The notes: generated from the sequence alone by a model not told the origin. DNA of 64,000 bases from the human T2T-CHM13v2.0 reference genome, Homo sapiens (GCA_009914755.4 CP068257.2:2752001-2816000); one strand, 5' to 3'; shown: positions 31,961-48,227, numbered from the stretch's first letter. Made by a program: numbers and translations.

Positions 31961-32924
31961 TGAAGATAATTATTGAAATGCATTAAAACGGTATCTCACT
32001 TAGATATTATTATTGTTTACATTGTTATAAGAAACATATAAAATTGACAATTATTTACAATTTTACAATAATTTACAATGACAATAATTATATAGTTTAG
32101 ACTTTTCAGCACATTGACATTATTCGACGTATCTCTAGAACATTTTTATCTTACAAAACTAAAACTCAATACACCTGAAACAACTGCCTGTCTTCTCCTT
32201 TGTTCAGCCCTTTACAAATGCTATCTTATTCTCTGTTTCTAAGGATGTTACTACTTTAGATATTTTATACATGTGGATACACTCAGTATCTGTCTTGTAG
32301 CTGGCTTTTTTTATTTAGCATAATGTCATCAAGATTTTATTTTTATTATAGATAAAAGGTTTTCTGCTTTTCAAAAGCTGGGTAATATTCTATTGTTTTT
32401 ATATTCCAAATTGTACCCATTCATTTGTTTGTTGAGGGAAGTATGGATTGCTTTAACCTATTGATTTTTGTAAGTAAAGCTACAATAAATATGTGAGCGT
32501 TTACATCTTTTTTGCACTCGGTTTTATTAGTCTATTTGTCTGTCTTTATGCCAGTAACAAACTACTTAGATTACTGTAGATTTGTAACAGGTTTTGAAAA
32601 CAGGAATTGTAATGTTTCCAAAATTTTTCTCTTTTTGAAAACTGTAGAGTTCTTTGTGGTCTCCTGAAATTCCATATATTTTTGGGAGTCACATTTTCTG
32701 TATCTGTCAAAAATAAAATTAAGAATTTTATAGGGATTGTATTAAATCTGTAGGTCACTTTTGGCATTATAGACATGTTCAAAATATTAAGTTTTCTAAC
32801 TCTTGAACAAAAGCATGTTCAAGAGTAAATTGCTTAATTTTTACATATTTGTGAATTGTATGAATTTTCTTCTGTTATCGATTGCTAGTTTTAATCCTTT
32901 TTGGTCAGAAATTATAGTATGTAA

Positions 32925-33893
32925 CATTCAATTTTTTTATTATACTTTAAGTTCTAGGGTACATGTGCAGAACGTGCAGGTTTGTTACACAGGTATACAT
33001 GTGCCATGTTGGTTTGCTGCTCCCATCAACTCATCATTTACATTAGGTATTTCTCCTAACGCTATTCCTTTCATAGTCGCTCACCCCCAAACAGGCCCCA
33101 ATGTGAGATGTTCCCCGCCCTGTGTCCATGTGTTCTCATTGTTCAACTCCAACCTATAAGTGAGAACATGCGGTGTTTGGTTTTCTGTCCTTGTGATAGT
33201 TTGCTGAGAATGATGGTTTCCATCTTCATCCATGTCCCTGTAAAGGACATGAACCCATCCTTTTTATGGCTGCATAGTATTCCATGCTGTATATGCTCCA
33301 CAATTTCTTAATCCAATCTATCATTGATGGACATTTGGGTTGGTTCCAAGACTTTGCTATTGTGAATAATGCCGCAATAAACATATGCGTGTGTGTGTCT
33401 TTATAGTAGCATGATTTATAACTCTTTGGGTATATACCCAGTAATGGGATTGATAAGTCAAAAGGTATTTCTGGTTCTAGATCCCTGAGGAATCACCACA
33501 CTGTCTTCCACAATGGTTGAACTAATTTACACTCCTACCCACAGTGTAAAAGTGTTTCTATTTTTCCACATCCTCTCCAGCATCTGTTGTTTCCTGAAAT
33601 TTTAAAGATCGCCATTCTAACTGGCGTGAGATGATATCTCATTGTGGATTTGATTCGCATTTCTCTGATGACCAATGATGAGCAATTTTTCATATGTCTG
33701 TTGGCTGCATAAATGTCTTCCTTTGAAAAGTGTCTGTTATATCCTTTCCCCACTTTTTGATGGGGTTGTTTTTTTTTTCTTGTAAATTTGTTTTAGCTAT
33801 TTGTAGATTCTTGATATTAGCCCTTTGTCAGATGGGTAGATTGCAAAAATTCTCTCCCATTCTGTAGGTTGCCTGTTCAATCTGATAATAGTT
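32925..33893 (-). mobile_element. Older L1 (L1PA7-L1PB-like), 3' part: end of ORF2 plus 3' UTR. It is the same element as 36296-38300.
   Basis: 33535-33753 minus is [49 protein letters not shown]..., the L1 ORF2 C-terminus. The 3' UTR reverse complement is gggtacatgtgcagaacgtgcaggtttgttacacaggtatacatgtgccatgttggtttgctg. Confidence 0.85.
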
Positions 33894-36295
33894 TTGTTTG
33901 CACCCTGGTTTCGAACCAGGTACGCTACGGTCCCGGGGCCGTGAGCAAGGGCTGATGGGAAGGCACTTTCGTGCATGGGGGACATAGGCCCCGCTTCTCG
34001 GCTGTGAGGTTTTTTTTTTCTTTTTTTTTCCCTGCCACATGTGACTCACCTCCCCTCCCTCAAACCTAACCTGCCCCTCAGGGGCCTTCTGCCCGCTTTG
34101 GGGTACCCATAGCGGGACCGAGACGCTCCCTGGGTTCGAACCAGGGTCCGGGGCCATGTGCAGGGGCTGATGGGAAGGCACTTTCGTCCGTGGGAGACCC
34201 ACGAACGCTTCTCGGCGGCGCGGTTGTTTTTTTTTTTTTTTTCCTGACACAGGTGCTTCACCTCCCCTCCCTCAAATCTTACCTTCACCTCAGGGGCCAT
34301 CTGCCCACTTTGGGGTACCCCTAGCGGGCCCGAGAAGCTCCATGGGTTCGAATCAGGGGCGCCAGGTTCCCTGGGACCCAGAGCAGGGGTTGAAGGGAAG
34401 GCAGTTTCGTGCATGGGGGACCCAGGCCCCGCTTCTCGGTGGCGCGATTTTTTTTTTTCCTGCCACAGGTGCCTCACATCCCCTCCCTCAAACCTAACCT
34501 TCCCCTCAGGGGCCTTCTGCCCACTTTGCGATACCCCTAGCTGGCCCGAGGCGCTCCCTGGGTTGGAATCAGGAACGCCAGGGTCCCCGGGTCCCAGCGC
34601 AGGGATTGAAGGGAAGGAACTTTCGTGCGTGCAGGACCCAGGAACGCTTTCTGGTGGCGAGTTTTGTTTTGTTTTTTTTCCTCCCTCAGGTGCTGCACTT
34701 TCCCTCCCTCAAACCCCACCTTCCCCTCAGGGGCCTTCTGCCCGCATTGGGGAAACCCTAGCGGGCCGAGATTCTCCCTGGGTTCGAAACAGGGACGCCA
34801 GGGTCCCGGGGCCATGCGCTGGGGCTGATGGGAAGGCACTTTCTTCCGAGAAGGACCCAGGTACGCTACTCGGAGGCGCACTGTTTTTTCCTTTTTTTTC
34901 TGCTACAGCTGCCTCACCACCCCTCCCTCACACCTTAACTTCCCCTCAGGGGTCTTCTGCCCGCTTTGTGGTACCCCTAGCGGGCCCGAGAGGGCCCTGA
35001 GTTGGAACCGGCGATCCATGGTAACCGGAGCCCAACCCAGGGACTGATGGGAAGGCACTTTTGTCCGTGGGGGACCCAGGCCCCGGTTCTCCGGGGCGCT
35101 TTTTTTTTTTATTTCCTGCCACGGGTGCCTCACCTCCCTTCCCTCAAAGCTTACCTTCCCCTCAGTGGCTTTTGTCCGCTTTGGTGTACCCCTAGCCGGC
35201 CCGAGACGCTGCGTGGGTTCTAAGCAGGGACGCCAGGGTCCCCGCGGTCCAGCACAGGGGCTGATGGGAAGGAACTTTCGTCCGTGGGGGACCCAGGAAC
35301 GCTTCTCGGTGGCGCGTTTTTTTTTTTTTTTTGTGCCACAGGTGACTCACCTCCTCTCCCTCACACCTTACCTTCCCCGCAGGGGCTTTCTGCCCACTTT
35401 GAGGTATCCCTAGTGGGCCCGAGACGCTCCTTGTGTTCAACCAGTGACGCCAGGGTCCCCAGGACCCAGAGCAGAGGCTGATGGGAAGGCACATTCGTCC
35501 CTGGGGGACCCAGTCTCGGCTTCTCGACGGCTCGGTTTGTTTTTTTTTTCCTGCCACAGGTGCCTCCCCTCCCTCAAACCTAACCTTCCCCTCAAGGGCC
35601 TTCTGCTAGCTTTGGAGTACCCCTAGCGGGCCCGAGACGCACCCTGGGTTCGAACCAGGGACGCCAGGTTCACGGGGCCATGCGCGGGGGCTGATGGGAA
35701 GGCACTTTCGTCCTTGGGGGACCCAGTCTCCGCTTCTTGGCGGCGCGGTTTTTTTTTTTTTCCTGCCACAGGTGCCTCATCTCCCCTCCCTCAAACCTTA
35801 ACTTCCCCTCAAGGACCTTCTTCCCGCTTTGGGGTACCCCTAGCGGGCCCGAGACGCACCCTTGGTTCGAACCGGGGACGCCAGGGTCACCGGGGCCCAG
35901 CGCAGGGACTGATGGGAAGGCACTTTCTTCCGTGGGGGACCCAGGAATGCGTCTCGACGCTGAGTTTTTTTCTTTTTTTTTTTTCATCCACAGGTGCCTC
36001 ACCTCCCTTTCCTCAAACCTAACCTTCCCCTCAGGGGCCTTCTGCCCGCTTTGGGGTACCCCTAGTGGGCCTGAGTCGCTCCCTGGGTTCGAACCAGGGA
36101 CGCCAGAGTATCCAAGGCCCAGTGCAGGGACTGATGGGAAGGCACTTTCGTCCGTGGGGGAACCAGGAACGCTTCTTGGCGGCGAATTTTTTTTTTTTTG
36201 TTTTGCGTTTTTTTTTTTCTGCCACAGGTGCCTCACCTGCACTCCCTCAAACCTTACCTTCCCCTGAGGAGCCTTCTGCCCGCTTTGGGTATGCC

Positions 36296-36296
<1 letters not shown>
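33893..36296. repeat. GC-rich tandem array of about 11 units, period 217 +/- 4 bp. Each unit carries an oligo-T tract of 10-17 nt and a tRNA-B-box-like gggttcgaaccagg. Possibly gamma-satellite-like, with the family unconfirmed.
   Basis: Seen directly. The anchors tgggttcgaa, ggttggaatc and ggttcgaaac recur at 34135, 34347, 34563, 34783, 35002, 35218, 35436, 35649, 35866 and 36088. The array sits precisely between two contiguous halves of one L1. Confidence 0.8.
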
Positions 36297-38300
<2,004 letters not shown>

Positions 38301-38864
38301 ATTCTGTTCAGAATTGTTTTTTGGCTTCATAGTTATTTTTAGGAGAATGTTTCATGAGCTTTTGAGAAGATTGTGAGTTTTGTTTTTGTGTAGAGTGTTC
38401 TGTATGCATCTGTTGTATCTAATTGCTTTACAGTATTTTCATGTCGTCTGTTTACTTTTTAATATTCTATCTGGCTTTTTTATTAATTACAGAACTGTTG
38501 TATTAAAATATTATACTTTTAATATATTGCCGTTTTTGCTTATGTTCTGTCAAGATATTATTGATATATTTAAAAATACTCATGTAAGGTGCATACATAT
38601 TTGTGTGAATACATAATTAGATATATACACACAATTATGTAAATGTGTATAATTGTCATAGGTTTCCAGTGAATAAACCCTTTTATTATTTTGTCCTTTG
38701 TTTTTCTGACAATTTGATTTCATAATATATTTTATAAACTAAAACAGTTATTTAAAAAGCATTTTGCATACTATAATTGTGACATAGTCTGTCCTCATTT
38801 GGTTATGGTTTGCATAATTTTTTGGATGCATCTTGCCACATTTAGTCTGTTTTTGTTACTATAG

Positions 38865-38995
38865 AGTAAGATGGCTCATATCTGTCATCCTAGCATTTTA
38901 GGAGATTGAGGTGGGAGGATCACGTGAAACCAGGAGTTTGAGACCAGCCTGGGAAACAAAGCAATACCAAGTCTCTAAAATAAATAAATAAATAA
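38865..38995 (+). mobile_element. Alu left-monomer-like fragment (FLAM/partial Alu) with an A-rich tail
   Basis: ggctcatatctgtcatcctagcattttaggagattgaggtgggaggatcacgtgaaaccaggagtttgagaccagcctgggaaacaaagc..aaataaataaataaa. Confidence 0.7.
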
Positions 38996-39189
38996 ATTGA
39001 GTCCCTTTAGACAGATGTAGTTAGATTTTCTTTCTTTTTTTTTTTAATTCCTATACTCAATTTATGACTTTTGGTTGAGAAGTTTAGTTTGTGAGTAGTT
39101 ACATAATTTCCTGCATTTGAAGGAATTACTTTTGACACTTTGTGGAGTAAAATTTAAATATTAAATTTGAACTCAATTGAATCTGGACT

Positions 39190-41450
39190 CAAACAATGGT
39201 CACCAAGTCCTGGAACAGGTTGTGTGAGCCCCTTGAGGCTTTCATCCAGCGCTGTTTCGGATAAATCTCTATTTCAATTTATTCCTATATGTTAGTTACT
39301 GAAAAACAACAGACAATCAAAAAAACAAGTTGACCTTTTTCTTTTCCTTGAGCCCAGAAATGAAGGGCCCTCCTGACTGGACGTCATGCCAGATAACTCA
39401 TTACAAAAAGAGCTAGGGTTCCAGACTGTGCCAAAACTTCATGAGATCTCTTCTCATCTGTTCACGGACAAGTGGCCAACTCTGGAGCCCAGTCTGTTGC
39501 TTCGCAGTCTGGTGGTGAATCCTCCATAGTCTGATGAGTGTAAATATATATATCTCTTTTCCCTTCTCTCCGTCCCATTGCAACTTGCTTATTATATCAT
39601 TTGCTTATTATATCTGCATTGCCATTTACGTGGGATACAGTTTGTTTACCCTTAAAGGTATTGTGTGTGTGTGTGTGTGTGTGTGTTTCCTTCTCTCCTT
39701 GAGCATTTCCTGCGCAGAACATTTTTGGCTTCACGAACAGGATCCGAAAGCAAAAGCATGCCATTTTTTGGTGCAGGGACCAGACTGGGAGCTCGGGGAC
39801 TTTCCATATCTTCAGATAGGAACTCCCCTAGTTCTTCCCCTTGGCCATTCAGTGGTCCAAGGGAGCTGGCGTTTGTGAAAATAGGCAATCTAAGTTAGTG
39901 CATTTTGAATCATTGGCTGTGTGTGAGGAGGTGCAGGGAATCCCAGTTGGTAAATGGGATGCTGAGAGAATTTCCCGGCATGGATGGTGCTTGCTTACTG
40001 CTTATAAGTTAATGTGTCAAGATAGGAATCAGCTGCTACAACAGAAATGTAAGCCAGAAAAGAAAATGCTAATCTGACTTCCAGGCTGGCCCTGGCCCAT
40101 GGCCAGGCCTATGTCTTGACTGATCAGCCTCAAAGTTATCAGCCTATTGCTGAAAAAAGCAGCTGCCTGAGTGGCCCAGTCAGGGTAAAACTGAAGAACT
40201 AGTCAGCTGGGGCTTGGATCCGGTAAAAACCCAAATCCTATCTCAAGGATGGGAAGTTAACCCTAGTAAAATTCAAGGACCTCCACAAACTGTAAAGTTC
40301 CTTGGCAACCTATGGAATGCAGGGAAACAGTCCATTTTACCAAAGGCTAAGGCTAAAATACTAGAATTTGCAGCCCTACCACTGAAAAGGAGGTCCAAAA
40401 TTGTATTGGTTTGTTTGGATTCTGGAGACATCATATTCCCCATTTGGGTAACATTTTACAACCTCTGCATGCGGTCACTAGAAAACGCTATGACTTTCAC
40501 TGAAGACAGAAAGTGAGCGTGGCTTTTCAACCAGCCAAACAAGCAGAGCAACAGTATGGCCCTTACAGGATGGGCCAGTAGAACTGCAAGTAACTGTCCT
40601 AGATCAACACGCTCATTTGAGCCTTAGGTAGAAACAAGATGGGAAGAGATACCTTTGGGGTTTTAGACCCAGAAGCTGTCAGAGGCTAGCAAAGCTTATA
40701 CTCTTTGAGAAGCAGCTGTTGACCTGCTACTGGGCTTTACAGGAAACAGAACACCTTTGTCTTAATCATGATGTTTTTATGAGGCCCCAAATTCCTAATA
40801 TGACTTGGGTCATGAACTCCCTCAAACCTCATTGGATAGGGTACACTCAAGAAAGTAAATGGAAATGGCACATACAAGACCAGGCTAAGCCGGAACCAAA
40901 ACAGGTATCATTTTTAAATGAGGATGTGCAAAACTTGCCAGCTCAGCAAACCACTGAGCAAGTCCTGCAGATAAGGAAGGAAACCTCCCCTGCCCAATGG
41001 GGCAAATCCTTTAAAGAACCAAGCCCAGACGATCAGAGACATGCTTGGTTTGCTGATGATTCCACCAAATATATTGATGGGACCCGATGCTGGGAGGCCG
41101 TGGCTTACAATCCTGTTAAAAACATAAGCATTTCTGAGGAAGGGAGGGGTGTTAGCAGCCAGCTGGCTGAACTAGAATCTGTTCTCTGAACTATTCAGGA
41201 GGAGGCCAGAGGGATTGGTTACTTGTATACCTACTCTTGCTTAGCAGAAAATGGTCTTACTACCTAGTTGCCCGAATGGCAATGAAACAAATGGTGAATT
41301 ACGAATAAAGAGGTTTGGAGAAAACAATACTAGGAAGATATCTGAATCCTGGTGCACACTACCATTATTGCTGTTTTCCAGATTGATGCTCGTACATCTC
41401 TGCTTTCTCTTGACAGACTATTCCATCAGCAGGTAGATCAACAGGTGTGA
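39190..41450 (+). mobile_element. Gamma-like ERV fragment, copy 2. It comprises an env 3' end-like region, LTR-like element A (39476-39735, with (TG)n at 39664-39690), then the pol RT connection and RNase H. It is inverted relative to copy 1 and truncated at the satellite edge.
   Basis: Plus ORFs 40214-40516 (..WNAGKQSILPKAKAKILEFAALPLKRR..) and 40719-41189 (..DQRHAWFADDSTKYIDGTRCWEAVAYNP..) are homologous to the minus-strand ORFs of copy 1. 39215-39310 is the reverse complement of 12300-12400. Confidence 0.7.
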
Positions 41451-43760
41451 GATTCGGAACCTTAACATTGGGCTGTGTTCATGTGAAAAGATGACAATTT
41501 TTGCTCTTGGCTCAGTGTACATATGAGTATCACAATCTCACCTTTGTTCTGGGCCCTAGCAGGACACTCTCTTCACCATATGAAGCCTTTATAGAGTATG
41601 CATGAGTGTAACAATTCTCTCTGAAACCTTAAGCAGGCACGGACCCCTCCTTGTACCTTTAGCTTTAAGCCCTGGTATGACAGTCAACATCTTTCTACTT
41701 GGATGGGTCCAAATAAGAGTTCTTAACTGCCTATGAGCTGCGTTTAAAAATGAGTCACCATCCCACCTGTGGCTGGATGTTCACATATGAAAGTCAGAAT
41801 CCCAGTTGTGGACTATGTCTGCATGTGTAATTCAGGACCTCAAGAGTGGGCTCTCTCCACATGTGATAGAGACCATCCTGAATATTGGTGTGGTGTGAAT
41901 CTGAGAAGTATAATCTCACCAGTGTGCTGAGCCCTTTGGTGACAATTTCTCTACCATAGTTTACACAATATGCAAGACAGTGGTACTCCTCCGTGTGACG
42001 TATCACTGGGTCTTGCACACAGGTAATGTGAGTCTCCTCTCCTGCCTTGGAATGCTCACAGGAGGCATTGGGACATACCACTGAACCTGATATTCAGGTT
42101 ATGTGCCTGTCTTTCCTGTGCTCTGTCCATGGGCGTTTGTGACATATTTTTGGGTCCAAAACACAGGCAACATAGCTCTCCTGTCTGGATCCTGCCTAGA
42201 GAGGGCATGGTGGCGTATCCCTGCACCAGCCACCAGATGATGTAACTCTATCTTCTGTCTAGTCCCTGCTTACAGGGTGAATTTTGACTTATCGCTAGGC
42301 GCAGCATTTAGCTAATATGACTCTTCCCTTTTTTCAGGTTCTGCCCACGGGGAAGATTGTGACATATAGATGGGTAAAACACCAAAATGATTTTACTCTT
42401 TTGTCTTTGTTCTGTCCTTAGAAGGCATTGGGACATATTGCTGAACCAGCACCAAGGTAATGTAAGGGTCCTACCTGAACCCTGCCCACAGGGAGCATAG
42501 TGACATATCTCTGAGCCCATGAACTATTTGATGTGGCTCTATTCTCTTACCTGGACTTTGCCCATGAGAAAGACTGTGACGTATTTCTTGGTCCAGTGCT
42601 TAGGTAATGTGATTCTCCTCTCCAGCCTGAGGCATGCCCACAGAAGTAAGAGTGACATCTCTGGGCCTAGCCCACAGGTGATGTGACTCTTATCCCTTGT
42701 TTCTGCCCAGGGGAGTCATTGTGATGTATATCTGAGACCATTATAAGAATGATGTGACTCTCCTGTTCTTACTGTGACCTGTCCACAGTGGGGATGATGA
42801 TGTATCACTTAGGCCAGCACATATGTGGTGAGATTCTTCTCATGCCTGTGCCCTGCCCCCTGGGCTAATTGTGACATATAACTGGGCCCCTCCCCTAGGT
42901 TATGCAACATATCCCTGTGATAACACTCTTTGTACCATTTAAGGGCTTTATATAATATAAGAGAGAGTGGTATTCCTCTAAGACCCTCATACAAAGAGAA
43001 GATTTAAGACCTACCGATTTTCCAAAGCCTAACTAGGAGAAACAGCATTTCTCTTAGTGGCAGGTTTGAGGTATGAGAGTCATTATTACACCTGTGAGCT
43101 GGCCAAGATATATGTTTCAATCTCTCCTGTGGGTAGGGAGTGAGCAGGAGAGTCGCATCACCTGGATGCTTGGCCAGAGATCTGTCAATATCTCCCCTGA
43201 TGGCAGGGACCAGGTAGGAGAGTCACATACCTAAGGCTGGGCCAGGGATATGTAACAATCTTTTATGAGGTCGGAGGCTAGGAAGGGAGTCCCATCACTT
43301 GTGTGCTCACCCGGGATATGTTACAATCCCTTCCTGAAATCAGAGTACAAGCAGCAGAGTCAAATCACCTGAATATTGAGCTCAGTGATATGTCACCACA
43401 CTCCCTGTGGGTAAAGCCGTGGCAGGAGAGACACATCACCTGATTACTGATTACTAGGCCCAGTGATATGTCAGAATCTTTCCTGTGGGCAAGGTGCAGG
43501 CAGAAAGGAGAGTCACATCATCTGGTGATGGAGGCAGAAATATGTTACAAGGCAGAAATATGCTCTGCCTCCCTGTGGGCAGAGTTCAGGCAGGAGCCCC
43601 CAATCTCCTAGGTGTTAAGTTCAGTGATATGTTACAATGCTCCCTGTGGGCAGCACAAGTCGAGAGAATAGAGCCACATCACCTAAGTTCTAGGTCCAAT
43701 GATATGTCCCAATTTTATTTGTGAGATGGGCTTAAACAGGAGAGTCTACTCACTCAGGTG
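41450..43760. repeat. 61-70 bp satellite, block 1. It begins with a head region at about 41450-41990. Monomers run in orientation tgtgacatat..ggtgatgtgactc up to about 43000, then in the inverted orientation gagtcacatcacc..gatatgtcacaat from about 43000 to 43760.
   Basis: Seen directly. The monomers are like GTGACATATCTCTGGGCCCAGCACCTAGGTGATGTGACTCTCCT...CCCACAGGGAG. Strand polarity flips near 43000. The family is not recognised. Confidence 0.8.
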
Positions 43761-44032
43761 CTGGACAAATGTGTATGTTTGTCACAATGACACCTGCAGG
43801 AAGTTCTAGACATGGGATGAATCCCGCACATATTCTGGTTTTAGGCATGAGAGTGAACACCTTCTGTATGTTCGATCTAAGTACACAAGTCACTATCTCA
43901 ATAGTGGACTAAATTTGTGCATGGCAGCCCCATTTTCTCTTGCAGACTTTCTCCCCTAATTGAAATCACGGCTTCACAGGTGTGCCGACTCATGATATGA
44001 GAGTCATCAACATATCTGTGACTCTCACATAT

Positions 44033-45185
44033 GAGAGTCAGTTTTTCAACTTTTTTTATTGTACTTTAAGTTTTAGGGTACATGTGCATAACGTGCAGGT
44101 TTGTTACATATGTATACATGTGCCATGTTGCTGTGCTGCTCCTATTATCTCCTCATTTACATTAGGTATATCTCCTAATGTTATCCCTTCCCCCTCCCCC
44201 ATCCCACAACAGGCCCCGGTGTGTGATGTTCTCCTTCCCGTGTCCAAGTGTTCTCATTGTTCACTTCCCACCTAGGAGTGAGAACATGCCATGTTTGGTT
44301 TTTTGTTCTTGCGATAGTTTGCTGAGAATGATGATTTCCAGCTTCATCCATGTCCTTACAAAGGACATGAACTCATCATTTTTTATGGTTGCATAGTATT
44401 CCATGGTGTATATGTGCCACATTTTCTTAATCCAATCTATGATTATTGGACATTTGGGTTGGTTCCAAGTCTTTGCTATTGTGAATAATGCCACAATGAA
44501 CACACGTGTGCATGTGTCTTTATAGCAGCACAGCATGGTACTGGTACCAAATCAGAGTACGTGGTACTGGTACCAAATGGAGCAGAACAGAGCCCTCAGA
44601 AATAGTGCCACACATCTGCAACTATCTGATCTTTGACAAACCTGACAAAAACAAGAAATGGGGAAAGGATTCCCTATTTAATAAATGGTGCTGGGAAAAC
44701 TGGCTAGCCATATGTAGAAAGCTGAAAATGGATCCCTTCCTTACACGTTACACAAAAATTAATTCAAGATGGATTAAAGACTTAAATGTTAGACCTAAAA
44801 CCATAAAAACCCTAGAATAAAACCTAGGCAATACCATTCAGGACATAGGCATGGGCAAGGACTTCATGTCTAAAACACCAAAAGCAATGGTGACAAAAGC
44901 CACAATTGACAAATGGTATCTAATTAAACTAAAGAGCTTCTGCACAGAAAAAGAAACTACCATCAGAGTGAACAGGCAACCTACAGAATGGTAGAAAATT
45001 TTTTCAATCTACTCATCTGACAAAGGGCTAATACCCAGAATCTACAAAGAACTCAAACAAGTTTATAAGAAAAAAGCAAACAAACCCATCAACAAGTGGG
45101 CGAGGATATGAACAGACAGTTCTCAAAAGAAGATATCTATACAGCCAAAAGACACATAAAAAAGGCTCAGTTTTTCAACTTTTGA
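44033..45185 (-). mobile_element. L1 insertion with twin-priming structure. The 3' segment (ORF2 end plus 3' UTR) is minus at 44045-44510 and the upstream ORF2 segment is inverted, plus, at 44520-45170. A roughly 15-bp target-site duplication cagtttttcaactttt flanks it.
   Basis: Minus ORF 44261-44536 is ..[28 protein letters not shown].. Plus ORF 44506-44820 is ..[33 protein letters not shown].. The two segments are adjacent in L1 coordinates but opposite in strand. The duplicated flank gtcagtttttcaactttt appears at 44033-44050 and ctcagtttttcaactttt at 45166-45183. Confidence 0.8.
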
Positions 45186-48084
45186 AACTGCCTTTGGGTA
45201 TGGGATTCAGAGCCTCAAAAGTGAACTATGATCATGTGAAAGAATGACAATCTTTAATGTTGGCTGGGTGTGCCTCCCAATGTCATAATATTACTGTGTG
45301 CTGAGCCCTATTAGGAGTTTCTGTGTTGCACCTGAGGGCTTTATATGGTATGCATGACAGTCTCAATTCTTTCAGAGATTTTCATGCTGGTATGGACCCA
45401 GGATCAAACCTGTGGCCCTAAGCCTATATATGAGTCAACATCTTTACAATTGGTGGGGTCCAGATAAGAGAATCATCACCTTTCTATGCGGTGGGTTTAT
45501 AACGAAGTTCCCATTCCAACTGTGGCCAGATCTTTACATATGAGATTCGCAATACCAACTATAAACTGCATTCATGTGTGAAATTCAGGACCTCACAAGT
45601 GGGTTCTGTTTATATGTGAGGGTGAAAATCATAATGGCCAGGAGGGTGCAGGGTGCGCAGAGGAGTAACAAATTTCACCTGTGTGCTGGGCCCTGTGATA
45701 AGACTCTCTACCACCCGAGGGCTTTCTGTAATATGTGAGAGAGTGGATGATCTTAACGAGGAGACCCAGGGATTTTTTTTTTTTCATTTCCCTAAGTGTC
45801 GGTAGGAGAAGCAGGATCTCTCCTATTGGCTGGTGTGACATATGAAAGTCATCATTGCACCTGTGTGTTGTGTTCCAAGATATAAGTCACAATTACACCT
45901 TCATATAGGAAGAGAGCAGGAGAGTAAAATCAGTTGGACGCTGGGCCAGGGATATGTCTCTTCCCTGAGAACAGGGACCAGGGAACAGAGACACATTACC
46001 TGAATGCTCAGGCATGGGTATGTAGCAATCCACTCCTTAAATTAGGAACCAGGCAGCAGAGTCACATCACCTGGGTGCTGGATCTAGCAATATGTTACAA
46101 TCCTCTCTGTGGTCAGGATGCAGGTAGGAGAGTCACATCTCCTTGGTGATGAATGCAGAAAAACGTCACAAGTTTCTCTGTGCATAAGGTAGAGGAATAA
46201 GCCTTTTATCCCCTAAGTGTTGGGCCCAGGGATATGTCACAATACCCAAAATATGCAAACCCAGGCAAAAGAGAACAGTCACATCACCTTGGTGGTAGGG
46301 TCACTGATATGTCACAATCCCCTCTTTTGGAAGGGCCCAGATAAGAGTGGAGAGTCACATAGCCTAGGCAACGAATAGAAAGGTATGTCATAATACCCCT
46401 GTTGGCAAGACCTATGCAGAAGAGTCACATCACCTATGTGTTCAACCCAGATATATGTTACTGTACACCATGTATGCAGGGCCCAGGCAAGAGAAAAGGC
46501 CACATCACCTCGGTTCTGGGCCCAGCAATATATCACAATACCCCCTAAGAGGAGGTAACAGACAGGAGAGTCACATCACCTAGGTCTGAGGAGCAGAGCT
46601 ATATGGTAATGCCCTGTGTGTGTGCACCCCAAAATAGAGGAGAGTTACATCACCTGAAGACTGTACCCAGCTATGTCACAATGACCCCTGTGGGCAGCAC
46701 CCAGGCATGAGAAGAGAGCACCATCATGTAGGTGCTGTGCCAGGCTGTATTTCACAATCTCCACTATGGATAGGTTTCAGGGAGAAGAGGACCGTCACAT
46801 CATCTAGTTGATGAGTCTGGAGATATGTCAAAATGAACCCTCTGAAGAGACCAGGATGCAGAATCACATGATCTGTGTGCTGGGTCTAGGAATAACCCAT
46901 TCTCCCTTCTGTAAACATGGCCACGCAGAAGATGAGGGTCACATATTTAAGGTGATGAACGCGGAAATATTTCACAAGTCTCCCTGTAGGCAAGACCCAG
47001 ACAGGAGATTCCCTTCCCTCAGTTGTTGGGACCAGAAATACATCACAATGTGGGGCTCAAGCAGAAAAACTAAAGAAACATCACCTATTTTTTGAGCTCA
47101 GAATTAGTCACAATCTCTCCTATAGGCAAAGCCTTTGTTAAAAAAGAAGAGTTTTATCAAATAGTTGATGGGCTCAGAGATATGTCCCAATGCCATATGT
47201 TACAAATTGCTGTACGCAGGCTTCAGGCAGGAGATGGGCCTAATAATGTGTCACAGTGCTTTCTGCTTGCAGGGCAAAGTCAACAGAGTAATGTCACCTC
47301 GAAGTTGGACCCACCAATGTATCACAATCTCCTTCCAAACAAATCCTATAAAACAAAAGAAGAGTAACATGAGGTAGGTGCTGGGCACAGTGATATGTCA
47401 CAATCCTTTCTTTAAGCAGGGACTAGGCAGGAGAAGAAAATCACACCACATGGGTGATGGGCACATAGATATTTCACAATGTCCCCTTAGGCAAAGCTCA
47501 GGAAGGAGAGGTAGATCATCTAGGTTTTGGATGCAACAGTATGTCACAATGGCCATTGTGGCCTGGGCACCGGCAGAAGAGTCACATAACATGGATGTGA
47601 GACCCAGCAATACATCACAACGCCCCGGTGAGTAGCACTAATGCAAGACAGAAAACTTACATTACCTAGGTGCAAGGCCAAGTGATATGTCCCAATGTCC
47701 CCTGTGGGCATCACCAAGGCAGGAGGTAAGAGTCACATAACCTAGGTGCTGGCTTCAGTGATATATCAGAATCCCATCTGTGAGCTGGGCACAGGAAACA
47801 GAGCTAAAATACTCGGGAGCTGGGCAGAGATGTATGTCACAATCCCACCTGCAGAAAGCGACAGGGATGAGATGAACAACTCCACACATGTCCGGATTCC
47901 AGGTATGAGAATTTGCATGTTGGGCCTAAGTACACCAGTCTCAATCTCAACAGTGAACTGGATTCATAAATGTGTCTTCTCTGGCTGACCGCGTCCCCTT
48001 AGGAGAGTTACAGTCTCACAGATGTAATGAATTTTGGTTTGAGAGTCACCCACCTACCTGTGGACAAGATCCATATATGAGAGT

Positions 48085-48105
48085 CAATTTTCTTTTTTTT
48101 CTTTC

Positions 48106-48165
<60 letters not shown>

Positions 48166-48227
48166 TTTTTCTTTTCTTTCTCCCTTTCTTTTCCTTCCTT
48201 CTTTCTCTTTTTCTTTCTTTCTCTTTT

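Noticed and set aside
33828-36267. Overlapping 100-190 aa ORFs on both strands (for example 35670-36242, 34413-35000)
   Set aside because: They lie inside the 217-bp GC-rich tandem array. The GC-rich periodic sequence lacks stops, and the ORFs overlap on both strands, which is a hallmark of an artefact.
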